Notes: generated from the letters alone by a model not told the origin. DNA of 64,000 nucleotides from Acidobacteriota bacterium (GCA_965209055.1 OZ242374.1:5536001-5600000), one strand, 5' to 3'; shown: positions 39,087-50,185, counted from the stretch's first letter. Translations and numbers: made by a program.

Positions 39087-41843
39087 TTATGACCTCAACC
39101 TTCTCGCCGCACGGGCGCCCTCCTCTTCCCGGCGCTGGCGGCGCACGAAGATGAGCACGCCCAGCACGAACACGGGAACCGGAGGCAACAGGACCGCGTA
39201 GGTCCGGATGTTGCCCTGGATCCTCCGGATCTGACTCTCCATGCTCTCCTTGCTGGCGTTGATCTTGGACTCCTTCTCGGCCTCGATATTGGCCTTCAGC
39301 ACCTCGAACCGCCGGTTCTCCACTTCCTGGAGGTTCTGGGCCATAATCTGCTTGGCCTGAGCGTCCAGGTCCCGGCGTTCGCGCACCTCGTCGACCTTCT
39401 CCTGCAAGCGCTCCTGCGCCTGCTTGAGGGCCTTTTCGGCCACCTCCTCGGCTTCCTCTTCGTCCTTCACCCGCTGTTCGACAAAGCTGCGAGTCTGATC
39501 TTCGACCCGCTCCAGAGTCCGGTGGCGGACGCGCTTGTTGCGCAGCGCCACGAACGACTCGTCGCCCATGAGAACGTCCATGCAGTTGAGAAAGAAGGTC
39601 ACGTTGTCGAAGTTGAGGGTCTCGGGTCCCTGAGCCCGGATCGAGAAGAACTGCTGGGAGATAAAGTCCAGATCCGCCACCACGATGGCGTTGACCCGCT
39701 CGGATTCTTCCTCCTTCTTTTCGCCTTCTCCGTCCGGTTTCGAGTCGGCGCTCTCCGACGCCTCTTCCGGAGATGCCTCAGCTTCAGAATCGGATTCGCC
39801 CTTCTCCGTCTCCAAGTCCCTGGTCCGGACGTGCGCGGCCAGGATGTACTCCCGGTCATCCGGGCGATGAGGAAGCCCGCGGGCCAACTGGACGCCGAAG
39901 AAGTTCCGCTGAACCATGCGGGAGTAGTTCTGGACCGCCGACGCCTCTCCCGAACGAACCAGGGGCCGGAATTCCAGATCGGAGCCCGCCTCCCGCTTCA
40001 CGTGTCCTGGGAACAGGAAGACCAATTCCTGGAGGGCGAGGCTGGCCGGATGCTCCCGGTTGAAGGCCTGTTCGTTGTCGTTCCCTTCGCCGACGAAGAC
40101 CACTTCCTCCGGCAGGTGGGCCAGATCCGGGTGGGGATTGTAGCTGTCCCAGACGATCCCGGCGTTGTCCCAACGGACTCCGATCCTGGCCAACAGGCCC
40201 AGGATGTCTCCCTTGGGTTTGGGAGGCGGCCCCTGCTGCCGCTGAAAGGGATTGGTATTGGCGCCGGACCGCTCCGCAGGGGAAAGCCCGATGTTGAATA
40301 TGGGCAATGGGTCCACCAGGAGGAGCGTGGGGTTTCCCTGGTGGATATATTCCAGCAGGTTGTCCATTTCCGGCTGAGGCAGCGAGGAGGGAAGGGCCGC
40401 GAAAAGCCCGTCCAGTTCCTGACGGATGGGAGCCGCCGCCGAGACCTGCACCACGTCGTACTGCTTCCTCAGTTCCTCCACCACCGGCCATGCGGGATTG
40501 CTGCGCATGCTGGAGAAGTCGAAACCGCCGAAGAGTTTGGCTTCGGTGCCCAGGATCCCGACCTTCTTCCGTTCCGTCCTGGCCACCACCCGGACGCTGC
40601 GAGTGATCTCGTACTCGATGGGCAACCCCCTCTCCAGGAAGGGGATCACCTGCTCCTCGGCACCGCAGGTGAAGGCCACGCCCAGGAACACGTCGGTGAA
40701 GCCGGCGCGGGCGCTGCCCAGATGGGGGACCTGCCGGGGGGTGATTCCGAACTTCTCCCGGGCGTCCCGGGCTTCCTGGGTGAAGGGCTCCGTGTCCTCG
40801 ATGAGAACCTGGACCCTGGCGCCTCCCACCGATTCGATCTCTCCCAGCACTCCCAGCAGATTGGCCCGGGTCTGCACCAACTGCTCCGGGACCTCGGGGC
40901 TCACGTACGCCTGGATGAAGACGGGTCGTTCGCCGGACAACTCGGAAATCAGGGAGACCGTCTCCCCGCTCAGGGAGTGGAGGCCCTCGGCCGTGGCGTC
41001 AACCCGGATGCCCGCGCGTCCCAGAATCACGTTGAGGCCGATCACCGCCAGAACCAGTCCGACCGTCCGCGCCGCATGGTGGAGCCACATGGGACGTCCT
41101 TCGGCCTGTCGCGGCCAATGCCGCTTCTCCACCAGGAGCACGTTGACGTAGAGCATCAGTCCGGCGATGGAGAGGAAGTAGAGGAGCCCGGAGAAGCTCA
41201 TGACGCCGCGGGCAAAGTCGTCGAAGTGCCGGTAGACACCGAGGGGCGCCAGGAACTCGCCGAGACCCGCTCCGAAGGAACCCATCAGGTCGATGAGGAC
41301 GAGGAAGGCGCAGAAGACGGCGCCGACGACGAAGGCGATGGTGGCGTTGGCCGTGAGCAGCGAGGCCAGCATCCCCACGGCGATCAAAGCCGCTCCCAGC
41401 AGCCAGTAACCCACGTAGTTGCTGAACATGAGTCCCAGGTCGGGACTGCCGAGCCAGCTCAGAACCAGGACGTGGCTCATCGAGAGCACCAGCGACGCGG
41501 TGTAGATGCCGAGGGTGGCCAGGTACTTGCCGATGACGATCTCGAGGCTCGTGGCCGGGAGCGTGAAGAGCAGCTCGTCGGTGCCCTGTTTCCTCTCCTC
41601 GGACCAGACCGACATGGTCAGCGCCGGAATGAAGAACAGGAGCAGGTAGGGAAACATGTAGTTGAGCTGGTCCAGATTGGCCAGATTGTCCAGGAAGAAA
41701 CGATCCTGCCAGAAGGCCGCCGCCGTGCTCAGAAGGATGAACAGCGTGATGAAGACGTAGCCGGTGGGACTCGTGAAGTACTTCCACAGGTCCCGCTTCA
41801 CCAGCGCCAGGACGAAAGTGGTGTTGATCTCGGGTCGCTTCAC
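39087..41843 (-). CDS. ABC-2 permease fused to GldG-like auxiliary domain
   Basis: YFTSPTGYVF, PALTMSVWSEERKQGTDELL (GldF-like), then D.TAEGLHSLS, EYEITRS and VVADLDF (GldG-like). Confidence 0.85.
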   Translation of the reverse strand: MKRPEINTTFVLALVKRDLWKYFTSPTGYVFITLFILLSTAAAFWQDRFFLDNLANLDQLNYMFPYLLLFFIPALTMSVWSEERKQGTDELLFTLPATSLEIVIGKYLATLGIYTASLVLSMSHVLVLSWLGSPDLGLMFSNYVGYWLLGAALIAVGMLASLLTANATIAFVVGAVFCAFLVLIDLMGSFGAGLGEFLAPLGVYRHFDDFARGVMSFSGLLYFLSIAGLMLYVNVLLVEKRHWPRQAEGRPMWLHHAARTVGLVLAVIGLNVILGRAGIRVDATAEGLHSLSGETVSLISELSGERPVFIQAYVSPEVPEQLVQTRANLLGVLGEIESVGGARVQVLIEDTEPFTQEARDAREKFGITPRQVPHLGSARAGFTDVFLGVAFTCGAEEQVIPFLERGLPIEYEITRSVRVVARTERKKVGILGTEAKLFGGFDFSSMRSNPAWPVVEELRKQYDVVQVSAAAPIRQELDGLFAALPSSLPQPEMDNLLEYIHQGNPTLLLVDPLPIFNIGLSPAERSGANTNPFQRQQGPPPKPKGDILGLLARIGVRWDNAGIVWDSYNPHPDLAHLPEEVVFVGEGNDNEQAFNREHPASLALQELVFLFPGHVKREAGSDLEFRPLVRSGEASAVQNYSRMVQRNFFGVQLARGLPHRPDDREYILAAHVRTRDLETEKGESDSEAEASPEEASESADSKPDGEGEKKEEESERVNAIVVADLDFISQQFFSIRAQGPETLNFDNVTFFLNCMDVLMGDESFVALRNKRVRHRTLERVEDQTRSFVEQRVKDEEEAEEVAEKALKQAQERLQEKVDEVRERRDLDAQAKQIMAQNLQEVENRRFEVLKANIEAEKESKINASKESMESQIRRIQGNIRTYAVLLPPVPVFVLGVLIFVRRQRREEEGARAARRLRS

Positions 41844-42670
41844 TCTCCACCTCCCGATTCGGACGCTTCGGTAACTCCGGCCTCCTCCGCGGCTGATCCG
41901 TTGCCGGACGAGCCATGGGCCCCGCCGGTATCAGACTGAGTCATGCGGTAGAAGGAATTCTCCAGGGAGCCGTCCTCCATCAATTCCCGGGGACTCCCGT
42001 CGAAGATCATCCGCCCGTCGTGGACGAAGAGCACCCGGTCGGCCACGGCGTCCACCTCCTGCAGAATGTGGGTCGAAATGAGAATCGTCTTGCGCTTGCC
42101 CAGCTCCTGAATGCTGGACCGGAATTCCCGGATCTGGTTCGGGTCCAGACCGGCCGTGGGCTCGTCCATGATCAAGACGTCGGGATCGTGGAGCATGGCT
42201 TGGGCCAGCCCCACCCGCTGCCGGTATCCGCGGGAGAGCTTGCCGATGGGCTTTTCCAGGACGTCCTCCAACGAGAACTGCCGGGTGACACCCGCGATGC
42301 GATTCTCCAGATCGTCACCGGCCAGGCCACGCGCCTCTCCGAAGAAAGTGAGAAGCTCCAATGGCGTCATGTCGAGGTACAGCGGTCCGTTCTCGGGAAG
42401 ATAGCCCAGAATCCGGGACGCCTCGAGCCGGTTCTCGTGGACATTGAGACCACCGATGAGGGCGGAGCCTTCACTGGCGGCCAGATAGCCGGTGAGGATC
42501 CTCATGGTGGTGGACTTGCCCGCGCCATTGGGCCCCAGAAAGGCCACGATCTGGCCTTCCGGAATGGAGAAGCTGATGTCCTCGATGGCGACGAAGGGCC
42601 CGTAGTACTTGCTGAGCCCCTGGGCTTCGATCATGGTGCGGGGAGAGCTTTCCATGTTCTCCTTCCTCAT
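41840..42670 (-). CDS. ABC transporter ATP-binding protein (GldA-like)
   Basis: GPNGAGKST, LSRGYRQR, MDEPTAGLD, STHIL. Confidence 0.93.
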   Translation of the reverse strand: MRKENMESSPRTMIEAQGLSKYYGPFVAIEDISFSIPEGQIVAFLGPNGAGKSTTMRILTGYLAASEGSALIGGLNVHENRLEASRILGYLPENGPLYLDMTPLELLTFFGEARGLAGDDLENRIAGVTRQFSLEDVLEKPIGKLSRGYRQRVGLAQAMLHDPDVLIMDEPTAGLDPNQIREFRSSIQELGKRKTILISTHILQEVDAVADRVLFVHDGRMIFDGSPRELMEDGSLENSFYRMTQSDTGGAHGSSGNGSAAEEAGVTEASESGGGE

Positions 42671-42937
42671 TGATACTTTTCGGCGGTCACGGGCCGGTCA
42701 CTTTCTGTTGTCCACTGGTCATCCGTGGAAGGTGAGTTCGGGTTCACTTGCCGGCAACCAGCCCACTCGTGCAACTTGCAGCGGGGAAGTGTCCCGCGAG
42801 AAAGGATATTCTAGCACCAGATCGTCGGAATCTGTCAATTGCGGCGGCGTCGGCCAGGTCAGTTGTCCGGTCCAGCCGGCAGGCGACCCGGCCGGCTCAG
42901 GAAGCGTGGGGAGCGGGACCCATTGGGGAGGAAGAAG

Positions 42938-44533
42938 ATGAAACACATTCTGACGGCTGTCGGAGTCGTTCTCCTGTCCTCGGCGTGCGATGTCGCGGAC
43001 ATCGTCACTTCCGGCGCCAGGGTCGGCGATCCAAGCGAAACGGTGCCGGGAACCGGACCGCAACTGGGCGTCATCAGTTTTCCCAACAGCGGTGGCGCCG
43101 CCGCCCAGGGGCCGTTCCTGCGGGGCATGCTGCTCCTGCACAGCTTCGAGTACGACGATGCGGCGTCGGCATTTCGCGACGCCCAGGCCGCCGATTCCTC
43201 ATTTGCTTTGGCCTATTGGGGAGAGGCGCTCACGCACTACCGTCCGGTCTGGCACAACGAGAACCTGGATCAGGGGCGGTCGGCACTCGAGAAGGCTCCT
43301 GAGAACCTGACCGTCACCTCGAGGGAGCAGGCTTACCTGGACGCCGCGGCAATCCTGTTCGGCGATGGCGAGCAGGATCCGCGCTGGAAAGATTACTCCG
43401 AGGCCATGGGGCAGCTATCGAGAGACCATCCGGAGGACCTGGAAGCCGCCAGCCTCCATGCCGTGTCCATGTTCGGCGTGACGGGAGGGGAGCGCGACTA
43501 TCGAACGTACATGAAAATCGCATCGATCGGCCAGGAAGTCTTTCGCCGGAACCCCGATCATCCGGGAGCACTGCACTACCTGATCCACGCTTTCGACGAT
43601 CCGGTCCACGCCCCGCTCGGCCTGCCGTACGCGCATCGCTATTCGAAAGTGGCCTCGGCGGCGCCCCATGCTCAGCACATGCCCTCGCATATCTTTCTGG
43701 CTCTTGGCATGTGGGACGAATGCATCTCGTCGAACATCGACTCATGGAACTCTTCCGAAGAGCGCGTGGCGCGGCTGGGCTTGGGAAGCGAGGACCGGGG
43801 CTACCATGCCCTCTTGTGGATGCAATACGCGTATCTGCAAAAGGGAATGCTGGCCGAGGCCCGGGAGAAGTTGTCGATCGTCGAGCAGGATGCCGCCCAA
43901 GCCGACTCGAGCCGGGCACGCAGACACCAGGCCTACATGCGGGCACACTTCCTCATAGACGGGGAACAATGGGCCGCCGACGTGCGGACCGTTGACGACC
44001 AGGATCTCGGCTCCGGGGCCTGGGGTGTGAACGCGCTCACCGAGGGACTTCGCGCGCTCAAGACCGGAGACCTGGCCGGCGCCCGCGAATGGGCGGAGAA
44101 GCTTCAGGCCAAGTCGGACGCCGAAGGCGATGAAGAATCCTCACTGCCGATTGCCGCGTTGGAACTCGAAGGCCTGCTGCAGTTCGAAGACGGAAAGACC
44201 GACACGGCCGTAGCGACGCTTCGCAAAGCCGTTCAGCTCGAGGAGCAGACTCCATTCGGTTACGGACCGCCGCTTCCTCCCAAACCGGCCCTCGAACTGC
44301 TGGGCGAGATCCTGCTGGCAATGGAGCGGGCCGAAGATGCGGTGGAGGCATTCCAGGCGTCCCTGGAGCGCACGCCCCGGCGAGCGCTCTCACTGCGGGG
44401 TCTGAGCCGTGCCGCGGCTGCTGCCGGCGATCAGGAGATCGCCGACCGTGCGAATGCGGAGTTGCGGGACCTGGCGTCGAGGCTGAGCGGCGGTATCCAA
44501 CCGCCGAATTCCCGACAACCGACGGGCGAATGA
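42938..44533 (+). CDS. TPR-like repeat lipoprotein
   Basis: Lipobox LSSAC, LLHSFEY, AYWGEAL, HPGALHYLIHA.D, HAQHMPSHIF, Ala/Leu-rich helical repeats. Confidence 0.75.
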   Translation: MKHILTAVGVVLLSSACDVADIVTSGARVGDPSETVPGTGPQLGVISFPNSGGAAAQGPFLRGMLLLHSFEYDDAASAFRDAQAADSSFALAYWGEALTHYRPVWHNENLDQGRSALEKAPENLTVTSREQAYLDAAAILFGDGEQDPRWKDYSEAMGQLSRDHPEDLEAASLHAVSMFGVTGGERDYRTYMKIASIGQEVFRRNPDHPGALHYLIHAFDDPVHAPLGLPYAHRYSKVASAAPHAQHMPSHIFLALGMWDECISSNIDSWNSSEERVARLGLGSEDRGYHALLWMQYAYLQKGMLAEAREKLSIVEQDAAQADSSRARRHQAYMRAHFLIDGEQWAADVRTVDDQDLGSGAWGVNALTEGLRALKTGDLAGAREWAEKLQAKSDAEGDEESSLPIAALELEGLLQFEDGKTDTAVATLRKAVQLEEQTPFGYGPPLPPKPALELLGEILLAMERAEDAVEAFQASLERTPRRALSLRGLSRAAAAAGDQEIADRANAELRDLASRLSGGIQPPNSRQPTGE

Positions 44534-44667
44534 GCGAACGAGGGAGCGGAGGAACGGACGACTGGAATTCGCCTCTCCCGAGCCGCGCGTTGACTCGGAG
44601 CCTAGGCCGGAAACATACTCTGCTCCGGTCAATCTGACCCTCGTCAACCAAACGGAGGAGAGGATTC

Positions 44668-46404
44668 GTGGCACTGAAATCGGTCTTCGAGAGGCGCCTT
44701 CGCTCAGGTTTCGCAGCACTTTGGATCCTGGTGGGGCCGATGGCGTGCGCTCCGCCTCCGGAAGGCCCGGAGACGGCTGGCTCCGACCCGGACGAGGTCC
44801 GGAGGGCCCTGAAACAGGCGGTGGAATTCTTCCGCACTCGCGTGTCCAATTCCGGCGGTTATCACTTCCGGTACGCCACGGACCTGAGTTATGGACGGTC
44901 CGAGGCGGCTCACGGTCCGACCCAGGTGACGGTGCAGACCAGCGGAACCCCCCTGGTGGGCATGGCCTATCTGAGGACCTACGAGGCCACGGCAGACCCT
45001 TACTATCTGGAGGCGGCCCGGGAAACCGCCCTGTTGCTGGTCCGGGGTCAGCACTGTTCCGGGGGTTGGGACTACATCATCGAATTGGACCCCGAACGAC
45101 GCGGCTCCTACCCCTACCGGGTCGACGGGGATTGTGCCGAGAGGCCGGATTCCGCTCCGAAGGACGGCTCCCCCGGTTCAAGGGCGGCCAGCACGCTGGA
45201 CGACAACGTCACGCAGGGCGCGCTCCGGCTCCTCATGCGGGTGGATCGGGAACTGGAATTCCAGGACGCCGAGATCCACGAGGCGAGCCTCTTCGCCCTG
45301 GATCAACTGGCCCGGGCCCAATATCCCAACGGCGCGTGGCCTCAACGATTTCGGGACGTCGCCGATTCCGGCCTCCCGGCCGCCCGATCCGCCGCGTATC
45401 CCGACTCGTGGCCGCGCGAATGGCCGGGTCCCGACTACCGCCACCACTACACCCTCAACGACAACGCCATCCTGGATGTCATCGACACCTTCCTGGAAGC
45501 GGCGCGAATCTACGGGGAGCCTCGTTACCGGGAAGTGGCCGCGAAGGGAGGCGACTTCCTCCTGCTGGCCCAGATGCCCGATCCCCAACCGGCCTGGGCT
45601 CAGCAGTACGACAGCCGCATGCACCCCGCCTGGGGCAGGATCTTCGAGCCGCCGTCGGTCACCGGTTCCGAGTCTCAGGCCGTCCTGCAGATGCTCCTGG
45701 TGCTGTACCGCGAGACCGGACGGAAGAAATACCTGGAGCCCTTCCCCAGAGCCGTCGAATACCTGCGGAAATCCGACCTGCCTGCCGACGGGCCCTGGCG
45801 GCAGGAAGGCGGTCGATGTGGTCCCGGCGCACTCTGTCTGGCCCGATTCTACGAGCTCGGCACCAATCGCCCCCTCTTCATCACCAAGGGGACCCGGGTC
45901 CGGGTGGAAGCGGGATCCAGCCGGCTGCTGGACGGGTACGAGTTGAGCTATTCGCCGGTGAGCGTCATCCGCCACTACGGCCTCTGGACCGACGGCGGCC
46001 GCCTGGAGCAGGCGGAGCAGGAATACCGGTCGCTGCTCTCCCGGGACCCCTCGGCCATTCGACGTCCGGAGCGCCTCCAAGGCCTCTCACCCTGGCGGGG
46101 GGAGACCGCGTACCCGTCAGGCCCGGAGCTGGCCCGCCTGGCGGGGAGTCTGGTGCGGAGTCTGGACCCGCGGGGGGCGTGGGTCGAGGAGGGATCGGTG
46201 GGCAAGGCCGGCCCGGTGGTTTCTCTCTTCGCCGCCGAAGACATGGTCGTGACCATCGACAACCGGACCATCCCTCTGAACGAGAACGGCAGGCTGACCG
46301 TCTTTCGCGGAGACAAGCCGCCGCTGGAGCGGATCCTCAGCTCCCGGACCTTCGCCCGAAACATCGAGACCTTGGCGGCCTATCTGAGCGAGAGCGGCCG
46401 GTGA
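44668..46404 (+). CDS. pectate lyase (PL10/PelA-like) protein
   Basis: STLDDNVTQ, AQYPNGAWPQ, YTLNDN, WAQQY, R.FEPP, ARFYELGTNRP. Confidence 0.75.
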   Translation: MALKSVFERRLRSGFAALWILVGPMACAPPPEGPETAGSDPDEVRRALKQAVEFFRTRVSNSGGYHFRYATDLSYGRSEAAHGPTQVTVQTSGTPLVGMAYLRTYEATADPYYLEAARETALLLVRGQHCSGGWDYIIELDPERRGSYPYRVDGDCAERPDSAPKDGSPGSRAASTLDDNVTQGALRLLMRVDRELEFQDAEIHEASLFALDQLARAQYPNGAWPQRFRDVADSGLPAARSAAYPDSWPREWPGPDYRHHYTLNDNAILDVIDTFLEAARIYGEPRYREVAAKGGDFLLLAQMPDPQPAWAQQYDSRMHPAWGRIFEPPSVTGSESQAVLQMLLVLYRETGRKKYLEPFPRAVEYLRKSDLPADGPWRQEGGRCGPGALCLARFYELGTNRPLFITKGTRVRVEAGSSRLLDGYELSYSPVSVIRHYGLWTDGGRLEQAEQEYRSLLSRDPSAIRRPERLQGLSPWRGETAYPSGPELARLAGSLVRSLDPRGAWVEEGSVGKAGPVVSLFAAEDMVVTIDNRTIPLNENGRLTVFRGDKPPLERILSSRTFARNIETLAAYLSESGR

Positions 46405-46420
46405 CGCCGAGGCTCCCGTC

Positions 46421-47881
46421 GTGACCTGGATCGGGGAACACAGCCTCGTCCTGGCGCTCCTGGGGGTCTACACGGCTCTCATGGTCTACCATGCCTGGAT
46501 CGGGCAGCGCCGGACCCGGGGCTGGCTGGACTTCTTCGTCGCCGGACGGTCCCTGGGAGGCGTCACGCTGGGGATCTCGTTTTTCGCCACCTACGCCAGC
46601 ACCAACAGCTACGTGGGTTTTTCGGGACAGGCATACAGCTACGGGCTGTCCTGGCTGCTCCTGGTGCCCTTCGCGGTGGGTTTCACCTGGATGGCCTGGA
46701 TCTGGGTGGCGCCGCGGCTGCGGGAGCGGACCGCCTCGCTGGGGTCGGTGACCATCCCCGACTTCATCGGATTCCGTTTCGCCAGCACTCCGGCCCGGGT
46801 GGGAGCGGCCCTGCTGGTCCTCTTCTCCAGCGTGATCTACATGACGGCGGTCTTCAAGGGCATCGGCAACCTGCTGGAGGCGGTCCTGGAGGTCCCCTAC
46901 TGGACGGCCATCGGAATGGTCCTGGTCGTGGTCATGCTCTACACCGCCGTGGGCGGCTTCCATTCGGTGGTCCGGACCGACGTGATCCAGGGCGGCATGA
47001 TGATCGTCGCCGCCGTGGTGCTCTTCACGGGGACCTGGCGGGCCGCCGGCGGCTGGGAGCCGATCTCCCAGGCCGTGGACCAGGTGCCCTCCTCGGTGGC
47101 GGGACCACTCCCGCTGACTCTCCTGCTGGGCGTCATCTTCGCCACCACCATCAAGGCGTTGGTGGAGCCCCGGCAACTGTCCCGCTTCTATGCCCTGGAG
47201 GACGAACGGGCGGTCCGCCAGGGCACCTGGATCTCCCCGGGAATCTTTCTGCTGGTCTTCAGCCTGCTGACGCCCATCGGGCTGTTCGCGCGACGGATTC
47301 TACCGCCAGGTCTGGAAGACACGGACCGGGTCGTTCCGGCGCTGCTGGCCGGGGGCGAGGTCTTCGGTCCCTTCGTGAGCGCCTTCCTGTTCGTCGCCAT
47401 GGTGTCCGCCGCCATGTCCTCTCTGGATTCGGTGCTTCTGGTGGTGGCCTCCACCTGCGAGCGGGACCTGGTGGGCCTGGTCTGGAAGGGACGCAGCGAA
47501 CGCGCGCGTCTGCAGTCCACCCGCGTCTACGTCGCACTCTTCGCCGTCGTGACCGCCCTGGTGGCATTGAACCCTCCGGGCGGCGTCGTCTCCATCACGG
47601 CGTTCTCCGGGAGCCTCTACGCCGCTTGCTTTCTGCCCAGCCTGCTGTTCGGACTCTACTGGAACCGGGGCAACGGCCAGGCGGTCGTGGCCTCCTATGC
47701 CGCGGGCATCGCCTGCCTGATCCTCTGGCCCCATCTTCCCGAGGGCGCCCTGGTCCACCGCGTCTTCCCGGCAGTGATTCTCTCGACCCTCACCTACGTC
47801 TCGGTATCCCTCCTGACCGCGCCGGCCGTCCCCGTCTCCGATGCCGGGAATTCCGCCGGTTCGTATCGCGGGCAAGCGTGA
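46421..47881 (+). CDS. sodium:solute symporter family protein
   Basis: FFVAGRSLG, YTAVGG..SVVRTDVIQG, SAAMSSLDS, many TM segments. Confidence 0.9.
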   Translation: MTWIGEHSLVLALLGVYTALMVYHAWIGQRRTRGWLDFFVAGRSLGGVTLGISFFATYASTNSYVGFSGQAYSYGLSWLLLVPFAVGFTWMAWIWVAPRLRERTASLGSVTIPDFIGFRFASTPARVGAALLVLFSSVIYMTAVFKGIGNLLEAVLEVPYWTAIGMVLVVVMLYTAVGGFHSVVRTDVIQGGMMIVAAVVLFTGTWRAAGGWEPISQAVDQVPSSVAGPLPLTLLLGVIFATTIKALVEPRQLSRFYALEDERAVRQGTWISPGIFLLVFSLLTPIGLFARRILPPGLEDTDRVVPALLAGGEVFGPFVSAFLFVAMVSAAMSSLDSVLLVVASTCERDLVGLVWKGRSERARLQSTRVYVALFAVVTALVALNPPGGVVSITAFSGSLYAACFLPSLLFGLYWNRGNGQAVVASYAAGIACLILWPHLPEGALVHRVFPAVILSTLTYVSVSLLTAPAVPVSDAGNSAGSYRGQA

Positions 47882-47919
47882 AAGTCGCCGGCTCCGGCTG
47901 TTAACATCAACCGCATCCC

Positions 47920-49071
47920 ATGAAGGCGCTGCTGCTGGAACGCCCCGGACGGCTCGAGGTGGCCGACGTGCCGGAACCGGAATGCGGGGATCATGACGTC
48001 TTGATCCAGGTCGGTGCGGTCGGCGTCTGCGGCACCGACTTCCACATCTTTCAGGGCGAAGCCAACTACAACTCCGATGGCGAAGGACGGACGATTCCTC
48101 TCTCAGTCCAGCCCCAGATCCTGGGGCACGAATTCTGCGGGACCGTTCTGGAAGCCGGCTCCCAGGTTCGGGACCTGGCGCCCGGTGACCGGGTGGCCGT
48201 GGACCAGGGCCTGAACTGCTACAGCCAGCGGATCACTCCGGTCTGCGAGTACTGTGACGGCGGCGACTCGCACCAGTGCCTCCACTATCAGGAACTGGGC
48301 ATCACCGGCATTCCGGGAGGCATGCGGGAACGGGTGGCGATTCCCGCGGTGAACGCGTTCCGGCTGGAGGGGGAGATGGGTTTCCCCGAGACCGCCCTCT
48401 CGGAACCCTTGGGATGCATCCTCCACGCCCTGGACCGGGTGGTGCGCACGCCCGCCCGCTACATGTTCCAACCGGGCTCCCACGGGTCCCGGCCGATCGA
48501 AAACGTCCTGATCCTGGGCGCGGGACCCGCTGGCCTCCTGTTTCTGCAGAACCTCCGGAGGGAAGTGGGATTCGAAGGGGTCATCCTGGTGGCGGACCGC
48601 GTCCCGGAGAAGCTGAGCCTGGTGAAGCGTTTCGGAGGAACGCCCTTGGACGTGGGACAATCCGACCTGGTGGAGAGGGTTTCCCACCTGACCCGGGGCC
48701 GGAAGATCGACCTGCTCATCGAGGCCACCGGCAGCGGGGCCGCCTTCCGGACCATCTCCTCGCTGATTCGAAAGCAGGGCACCGTGTTGCTCTACGGGCA
48801 TGGGCACCAGGGAACCGATCTCAGCGTCATCAATCTCCTCCTTTTCCTGGAGCCGACGCTGGTGGTCTCGGTGGGGGCCTCGGGCGCGCTGAATCCGGCA
48901 ACCGGGCGGTCCGAGACCACGACCCGGGCCGTGGAACTGATTCAGACGGGTCAGGTAGACGTCCGGTCCCTCATCACCCACCGTTACGCCTCCCTGGAAA
49001 CGGTAAGGGGCGCCTTCGGCGACGACTCCAAAGACGCGGCCTACATCAAGGGCGTCCTGGAAGTTTCCTGA
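47920..49071 (+). CDS. zinc-dependent alcohol/polyol dehydrogenase (MDR family)
   Basis: GVCGTDFH, LGHEFCG, structural Zn cysteines, GAGPAG. Confidence 0.9.
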   Translation: MKALLLERPGRLEVADVPEPECGDHDVLIQVGAVGVCGTDFHIFQGEANYNSDGEGRTIPLSVQPQILGHEFCGTVLEAGSQVRDLAPGDRVAVDQGLNCYSQRITPVCEYCDGGDSHQCLHYQELGITGIPGGMRERVAIPAVNAFRLEGEMGFPETALSEPLGCILHALDRVVRTPARYMFQPGSHGSRPIENVLILGAGPAGLLFLQNLRREVGFEGVILVADRVPEKLSLVKRFGGTPLDVGQSDLVERVSHLTRGRKIDLLIEATGSGAAFRTISSLIRKQGTVLLYGHGHQGTDLSVINLLLFLEPTLVVSVGASGALNPATGRSETTTRAVELIQTGQVDVRSLITHRYASLETVRGAFGDDSKDAAYIKGVLEVS

Positions 49072-49141
49072 AAGGAACTCTTGAATCGTTGAAGGGCGCG
49101 GGCACGACTCGCCGTGCCCGTCACCACTCGGCAGGGGGAAC

Positions 49142-50185
49142 CTACACGATCAGCGGCGCTTCGATGGGCTCGTCGGCAGCGTCTTCCAGGCCCAGGTCCT
49201 CCAGGACCAGCCGGCGGATCTGCTTCAATTCCTCTCTCCCTTGGGGCGTGAGCGTGCTCAGAAGGAGTCGGGGCAGGTGGTTTCGCAGCCACTGCCGGAC
49301 GAATTGGCCGGGGACCCCGAGACGGCGGCAGGGCCAGACGATCTTGTCGGCCACCATCCGGGTGCGTTCCAAAAGTCCGAACGAGGAGATCACGGGCTCG
49401 TTGAGGGTGGTCCGGTTGAACACGACGAGGCAGCCGCCGGCCAGCAGGCTCTCCACGGTCACCACCGCCTCGCAGCCGTGCTTGAAATAGGCGTCCTCCG
49501 TCCCCCCGCACAGATCGGGCTCGGTCAGGAAGACCCGCCGGGCAAGGCCTCGGCTGAGAATCTTCAATCCGGAGTGGAAGTCGGGAAATTCCTCCAACAC
49601 CGTGGCGTATTCAAGCCGCAACGGAGCCCCCCGGACCGTGGCCGACCAGGTCAGCGCGTCCAGGAGAACGCGGTCGGCCAACTCCTCCATCTCGCCCCTC
49701 ATGAGGCCCATGGGCCGGTGCCGGCTGATTCTTCGGCCCAGCACCAGGACTTCCAGATCCGGGTCGTGACGGCGCGCGTACTGGGCCGACCGGATCCCGT
49801 TGGCAAGCTCGTGAGGAAAGTGGTCCCCGTCCGCGTCCAGCGCGGCCAGATAGTCATGGCCCCCGTCCTCCAACAAGACCTCCATGCCCTGCCGCACGGC
49901 CTGGAGCTTGCCCTTGTTCCGGCGGCACCAGGTGAGCCGGACCTGGAACCGGCGGGACAGGACTTCGCCCACGTCTCTCCCGTAGGGTTCTCCGTCCACG
50001 CTCAAACAGACGGACTCGGGACGTTCGACCTGGCGGACGCAGGCATCGACGGTGTCCGCCAGCAGGTCGTGACCCACCTGCCGATCCACGCCGGGAGGAA
50101 AGTAAACGGGAATGACGATTCCGGTCGATGTCCGCACCGCCTCCGAGCTGGAGCGGAAGGAGTGGGGTTGGGTCATGTTTGCCAT
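49142..50185 (-). CDS. GT-A fold (family 2-like) glycosyltransferase-related protein
   Basis: IVIPVY, NKGK..AV..G, DxD motif LDADGDH, D.HSGLK. Confidence 0.6.
   Translation of the reverse strand: MANMTQPHSFRSSSEAVRTSTGIVIPVYFPPGVDRQVGHDLLADTVDACVRQVERPESVCLSVDGEPYGRDVGEVLSRRFQVRLTWCRRNKGKLQAVRQGMEVLLEDGGHDYLAALDADGDHFPHELANGIRSAQYARRHDPDLEVLVLGRRISRHRPMGLMRGEMEELADRVLLDALTWSATVRGAPLRLEYATVLEEFPDFHSGLKILSRGLARRVFLTEPDLCGGTEDAYFKHGCEAVVTVESLLAGGCLVVFNRTTLNEPVISSFGLLERTRMVADKIVWPCRRLGVPGQFVRQWLRNHLPRLLLSTLTPQGREELKQIRRLVLEDLGLEDAADEPIEAPLIV

Noticed and set aside
39522-41939. Long opposite-strand ORFs (805 aa here; also 656..2398, 10077..12152, 50462..52156, 62425..63711)
   Set aside because: They are shadows of well-supported genes on the other strand, expected from GC-rich codon usage, and contain no family motifs.
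37793-42670. GldA/GldF-G-like genes as evidence of gliding motility
   Set aside because: This ABC + GldG + DUF4340 trio is widespread in non-gliding bacteria, and no other gliding or T9SS genes are in the window.
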